Of a stretch of 64,000 bases of DNA, positions 59,274-64,000 are shown piece after piece. The stretch covers positions 44,679 through 108,678 of the forward strand of contig JAHPZI010000015.1 in NCBI GenBank assembly GCA_019058295.1. The letters run 5' to 3'. The notes beneath the pieces are model-generated. The model worked only from the letters and a program-made list of their open reading frames with translations. It was not told the origin of the DNA and made no database searches. The DNA is from Promethearchaeota archaeon. Lineage in GTDB: Archaea; Asgardarchaeota; Lokiarchaeia; Sigyniarchaeales; SOKP01. A program made the position numbers and the translations under genes. The stretch's first letter is position 1. Each line of letters begins with the position of its first letter.

Positions 59274-61295
59274 ATTATTTCAGAAGAGTTAAATAAAAAT
59301 AATAATTCGATCAATCATGGGCATTGTTATATAGTAAATCCTAATCTTGGGCATCCAATTATATTAGATCTCCAGTCAGAATTTAAAAAAAAAACGTATC
59401 AGACGTTCTTGTTATTTATTAGTAATTTAAATGATTTAAAAATATTTAAAGAACATATAAATAACAAAATTCAACTTGTTCCCATTCTTGAATATAAATG
59501 GAAATTAAAGCTTTTTACAAAAAAGATAAAGCCAGATAAAAAAGAAAGACGTCTTTTGAAAAAAAGCTTCAAAAAGTCAAGGCTTTCACTTAAATCATTA
59601 TTTAGAGAATATAAACCACGAGCTTTTCGTGGTGCTCCAATTTCTCTAAATATTTTAGGCATTGAAAAAGCCAAAATAACAAAAATTAACGATTTAGATT
59701 ATGATGAGTACACCAGCCCTCAGAAATATTTAATTACTCATCAAGTTTATAAAAACTCAGATATATTCTATAAGGTTAAAGTAGAATTCGTATTAACCAA
59801 AGAAATTCTTAAATTTTTAAAAAATCGAAATTTTGTAATGTTTGATATCCTTCATGAAAGAGAATCTAAATTACGGATTAATTATCATTCTATAGTAATT
59901 TCAAAGCAGAATTGGAAAAACTTTTGCTTTGTTCATGCGACAGATTTACATATAGCAGAAAGGAATGATAAGATTTATGAAATTATTAAAAAATGGAAGA
60001 AGGTATTTCGTGGAGATTATCTTGACGCGATGTTAAAAGAACAGGAGCAAGAAGTAAAAGAAGAAAAAAGGAAATTATTTAGACCATTAGAAGCACATAA
60101 ACCATTGAAAAAACGGATTATAAATCCAAATAATCAATTTAGGCGTTTTATAAAAATTATTAACAAAAAAGTTCTTCAAGACGAAATAGATTTTATAGCT
60201 TTAACCGGAGATCTCATAGATTTTTCTATTTCGAGTAAGATTCCAAAAGAGCTAAGACTTTTCGATTATGAACATAGTAATTGGAAAGTTTTCAAAAATA
60301 TCGTTTTAAATTTGCCTCAAAAAAAAAGGAAAGGTATGAAAAAGGGAGAAGAATTATTATGTCCCATATTTACAATTCCCGGAAATCACGATTATCGACC
60401 TTTCCATTACGATATTAGATGGGCAGGGTTGTATAGAAAAATGGGGCTAAAGGCATTTGAGGCACTTGCTTTAAACGATAAATTATTAGCATTACCTATT
60501 TCAGCGATTATAAAGAGTGAGAAATCTTTAATTGGGTATTGGTCAGAGATTAATCCTTCTTTAGATTATTTTTTAAAGTTAGGAAAATCCAATTTTATTT
60601 TTTTAAATACAGGGGCAGATTCATATAAAAATTTAAGCGATCTCATAACTGGTCATCCTTCTTTAACAGGGCTTAAAAATAAGCAAATCAGCTATTTAGT
60701 AAATCTAATTCGTAATAAAATTCAACAAGGAGATAATACTTTTCTTTTTCTACATGGCCCAGTAATTAATCCAAAGAAGAAAATAGGTCTTTTTAAAAGG
60801 ATCAAACACAAATTTGGGAAAAAAATTTTAACAAGAATAGATGAATTTAAAGAATCAATACTTAAAAAGTTAGAAAAGAAAACATCAAACCTCAGAATTG
60901 ATAAAAAATTTAACGTTAAATATGGAACTGTATCATCAAATTGGGAAAACCTTGTTGAATTTTGTAAAGAATACTGCGTTCTTACCATGACAGGCCACAC
61001 ACATACTCTTAAAGAGTTTAGATTAGGAGACCCAGAAAATAAAAAATCAGTAGTATTGGATGCACCTCCTTTTAGTTTAAAAAAAATAGTAAATCCGGCG
61101 GCAATATTTTATGATACTTATTCAGAGATTTTTGCAAATGCTAAAGATATAGAACAGTTTGGACCATTTGTTGTTCAAACACCTGCGCTTGGATTAGGAG
61201 GATATAGGAGCCCCCGATTGGTTGGTGCTTATAGAGAAATTATAGTTAAGCACGGAAAATTATCTTCTTTTAAAGTTAAGTATATGCATAGATAA
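59274..61295 (+). CDS. Calcineurin-like metallophosphoesterase
   Basis: HATDLH, TGDLID, PGNHD, FLHGP, TGHTH. The frame is open from a TGA at 59268; first near-canonical start is TTG 59409, but the upstream frame looks coding (possible ATT start). Confidence 0.85.
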   Translation: MISEELNKNNNSINHGHCYIVNPNLGHPIILDLQSEFKKKTYQTFLLFISNLNDLKIFKEHINNKIQLVPILEYKWKLKLFTKKIKPDKKERRLLKKSFKKSRLSLKSLFREYKPRAFRGAPISLNILGIEKAKITKINDLDYDEYTSPQKYLITHQVYKNSDIFYKVKVEFVLTKEILKFLKNRNFVMFDILHERESKLRINYHSIVISKQNWKNFCFVHATDLHIAERNDKIYEIIKKWKKVFRGDYLDAMLKEQEQEVKEEKRKLFRPLEAHKPLKKRIINPNNQFRRFIKIINKKVLQDEIDFIALTGDLIDFSISSKIPKELRLFDYEHSNWKVFKNIVLNLPQKKRKGMKKGEELLCPIFTIPGNHDYRPFHYDIRWAGLYRKMGLKAFEALALNDKLLALPISAIIKSEKSLIGYWSEINPSLDYFLKLGKSNFIFLNTGADSYKNLSDLITGHPSLTGLKNKQISYLVNLIRNKIQQGDNTFLFLHGPVINPKKKIGLFKRIKHKFGKKILTRIDEFKESILKKLEKKTSNLRIDKKFNVKYGTVSSNWENLVEFCKEYCVLTMTGHTHTLKEFRLGDPENKKSVVLDAPPFSLKKIVNPAAIFYDTYSEIFANAKDIEQFGPFVVQTPALGLGGYRSPRLVGAYREIIVKHGKLSSFKVKYMHR

Positions 61296-61408
61296 TACTA
61301 TAAAAATATTTTAAATATCTCCCATTATATTTTCAATTTAATTATTTATTTATATGTTAAATTAGTACTTTCATTATTAAATCTGTATAAAAGAGAATTA
61401 AAAGATCT

Positions 61409-62842
61409 ATGTTAATAAAAAATACTACTCAATTGCTTTCGAGTAAATTAGATGAAACTCAATTAAATCTAAGAAAAATAGGACTAGTGGCACTAAAGAA
61501 AGCAATAAATTCTGTTAAACCTAAAAGAATAATTGAAAAATCCATCAAAATCCAACAAAACAAACTAATAATTAAAAACGATATTTACGACCTTAATAAT
61601 TTTGAGAAAATATATATTATTGGAGGCGGAAAGGCCACTGCAGAAATGGCACTCTCATTGGAAGAAATATTAATTAATTATTCTAATATCGCCTACCAAG
61701 GATTAATAAATGTTCCGGAAGGTTTGGAAATAGAGGAAATGGATTTAAAAAGCAAAATAAGAATAATTTTTGCCTCCCATCCTATTCCAAACGAGGCTGG
61801 CTTAAAAGGAACAAAATCTATGATGGAACTCGTTAATAATTCAACGTCAAAAGACTTAATTTTCTGCCTAATCTCTGGAGGGGGATCGGCTTTATTACCT
61901 TTACCAAAAGAAAATATTAGCCTCGAAGATTTACAAAAACTTAATTCATTATTATTAGCATCTGGCGCATCAATCCATGAGATAAACACAATTCGAAAAC
62001 ATTTATCTGATTTCAAAGGGGGCAATCTTGCTAGAAGCATTTATAATACAAGTAAAGCAACATTAATTAGTCTAATAATATCAGATGTCGTAGGAAATGA
62101 TTTAGATTCAATAGCCTCAGGACCAACAGTACCAGATTCAACTACATTTAGGGATGCTTATGATTTACTTTTAAGTTATAACTTACTAAAAAAAATTCCA
62201 AAATCTATTAAACTTGTTATAGAAGAAGGTTTAAATGGAGTGATTGAAGAAAATCCTAAAGAAAAGGATAATTGCTTTAAAAATACACACAATTTCTTGA
62301 TTGGTAGTGTAAATTCTGCTGTTAAAGAGATAATTGTATTTCTAGAGAAAGAATCTTTTGAGATTGATTATTTTTCTTCTTCAATTAGCGGTGAAGCAAA
62401 AAATTATGCAAAAAAAATATATTCAAAAATTAACCAGAAACTCAATGAAAATCATAAAAACAACAAAAAAGCATTAATAGCAACGGGGGAACTGACCGTA
62501 ACTATTAAAGGCGATGGGATTGGGGGAAGAAATCAAGAAATGCTATTAAGTTTTCTTGATCTCATTATAAGGAAAGACATTTATTATGATTTTCTGATTC
62601 TTGCTGTTAATCTTGATGGTATTGAAGGTAACAGTAAGGCGATGGGTGCAATTATTGATAATCATTTATTAATTAAGGTTAAATCTAAAAAAATTGACAT
62701 AAAAAAATACTTAGAAAACAATGATTCAAATTCATTCTTCAAAACACTAAACTGTGAGATATTAACGGGTCCAACTGGTTGTAATGTAAATGATCTCTTA
62801 TTAGTATTAATTATTAAAGGTGATATTGAGAATAAATGGTAA
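61409..62842 (+). CDS. Glycerate 2-kinase (GckA/TtuD, MOFRL family)
   Basis: GGGKA, ASHPIP, LISGGGSAL, INTIRKHLS.FKGG, SDVVG..IASGPT, GELTV, GGRNQE, TGPTGCNVND. Confidence 0.93.
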   Translation: MLIKNTTQLLSSKLDETQLNLRKIGLVALKKAINSVKPKRIIEKSIKIQQNKLIIKNDIYDLNNFEKIYIIGGGKATAEMALSLEEILINYSNIAYQGLINVPEGLEIEEMDLKSKIRIIFASHPIPNEAGLKGTKSMMELVNNSTSKDLIFCLISGGGSALLPLPKENISLEDLQKLNSLLLASGASIHEINTIRKHLSDFKGGNLARSIYNTSKATLISLIISDVVGNDLDSIASGPTVPDSTTFRDAYDLLLSYNLLKKIPKSIKLVIEEGLNGVIEENPKEKDNCFKNTHNFLIGSVNSAVKEIIVFLEKESFEIDYFSSSISGEAKNYAKKIYSKINQKLNENHKNNKKALIATGELTVTIKGDGIGGRNQEMLLSFLDLIIRKDIYYDFLILAVNLDGIEGNSKAMGAIIDNHLLIKVKSKKIDIKKYLENNDSNSFFKTLNCEILTGPTGCNVNDLLLVLIIKGDIENKW

Positions 62843-63009
62843 ACAATTTAATTATAATTTGTCCAGTGTGTGGATTTAGTTTTAAGCCAGAATATCCACA
62901 TTCACATAACAGAAAACGGATTATAAAATGTCCAATGTGTGGGTATAAATTCTCTGAACCAGATATATCTCCCCAAAAGCAAGAGGACCTTGACAAAAGA
63001 TTCATTTAG
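62836..63009 (+). CDS. Small CPxCG-type zinc-ribbon protein (57 aa; not in ORF track)
   Basis: MVNNLIIICPVCGFSFKPEYPHSHNRKRIIKCPMCGYKFSEPDISPQKQEDLDKRFI*; its start overlaps the glycerate kinase stop. Confidence 0.8.
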   Translation: MVNNLIIICPVCGFSFKPEYPHSHNRKRIIKCPMCGYKFSEPDISPQKQEDLDKRFI

Positions 63010-63107
63010 AGAAAAAAATCACACTTTTTTAATATATTTCCTTTAATTAGGTTGATAATTTTGTCTATTTTTAAATGGTTTTATAACTATATTGGATTTT
63101 TATTTTT

Positions 63108-63142
63108 TTGATGAAATCTATATTTTATTGATGAAATCTATA
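63108..63142 (+). repeat. 15-bp direct repeat TTGATGAAATCTATA x2 (20-bp period) in an intergenic region
   Basis: Copies at 63108-63122 and 63128-63142; a third partial ATGATATCTA at 63164-63173. Confidence 0.6.
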
Positions 63143-63237
63143 AAAAGCATATTAATTTAAATTATGATATCTAAAAAAAAATTGTTAACTGATTATTAAA
63201 AATCTATTAAAAATTAAATTTAAGGAAATGTTAGATC

Positions 63238-64000
<763 letters not shown>

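Noticed and set aside
773-63005. Many 60-210 aa ORFs antisense to or nested in long genes (e.g. 47056-47685, 35085-35450, 10087-10449, 62814-63005)
   Set aside because: Shadow frames of well-supported genes, with no motifs and atypical composition.

Overview
AT-rich (about 30% GC by eye), gene-dense archaeal chromosome segment. An HMf-type histone, an Sm protein, a roadblock-Rab-like GTPase fusion, a stand-alone longin, a RING-H2/TPR protein and large membrane-anchored proteases together point to an Asgard archaeon, probably Lokiarchaeia (inference). No mobile element, CRISPR array or rRNA was found. Main candidate system (13573-21875): a six-gene cluster that reads as a complete anaerobic L-rhamnose-to-pyruvate route. 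It has RhaA, RhaB and a class II aldolase, followed by a tungsten aldehyde:ferredoxin oxidoreductase, a Ni-pincer lactate racemase and an FAD/[4Fe-4S] D-lactate dehydrogenase. Other highlights: a tRNA-Arg(CCU) gene with two 30-nt non-canonical BHB introns (45/46 and 58/59), a 3TM+3TM+longin mini-operon, a protein with about 11 MIT-like repeats plus TPRs, evidence for ATA/ATT start codons, two Zn-finger microproteins missed by the ORF track, and a thiC-thiD/thiN cluster with an adjacent NUDIX gene. All functional calls come from motif recognition by eye; no searches were run.
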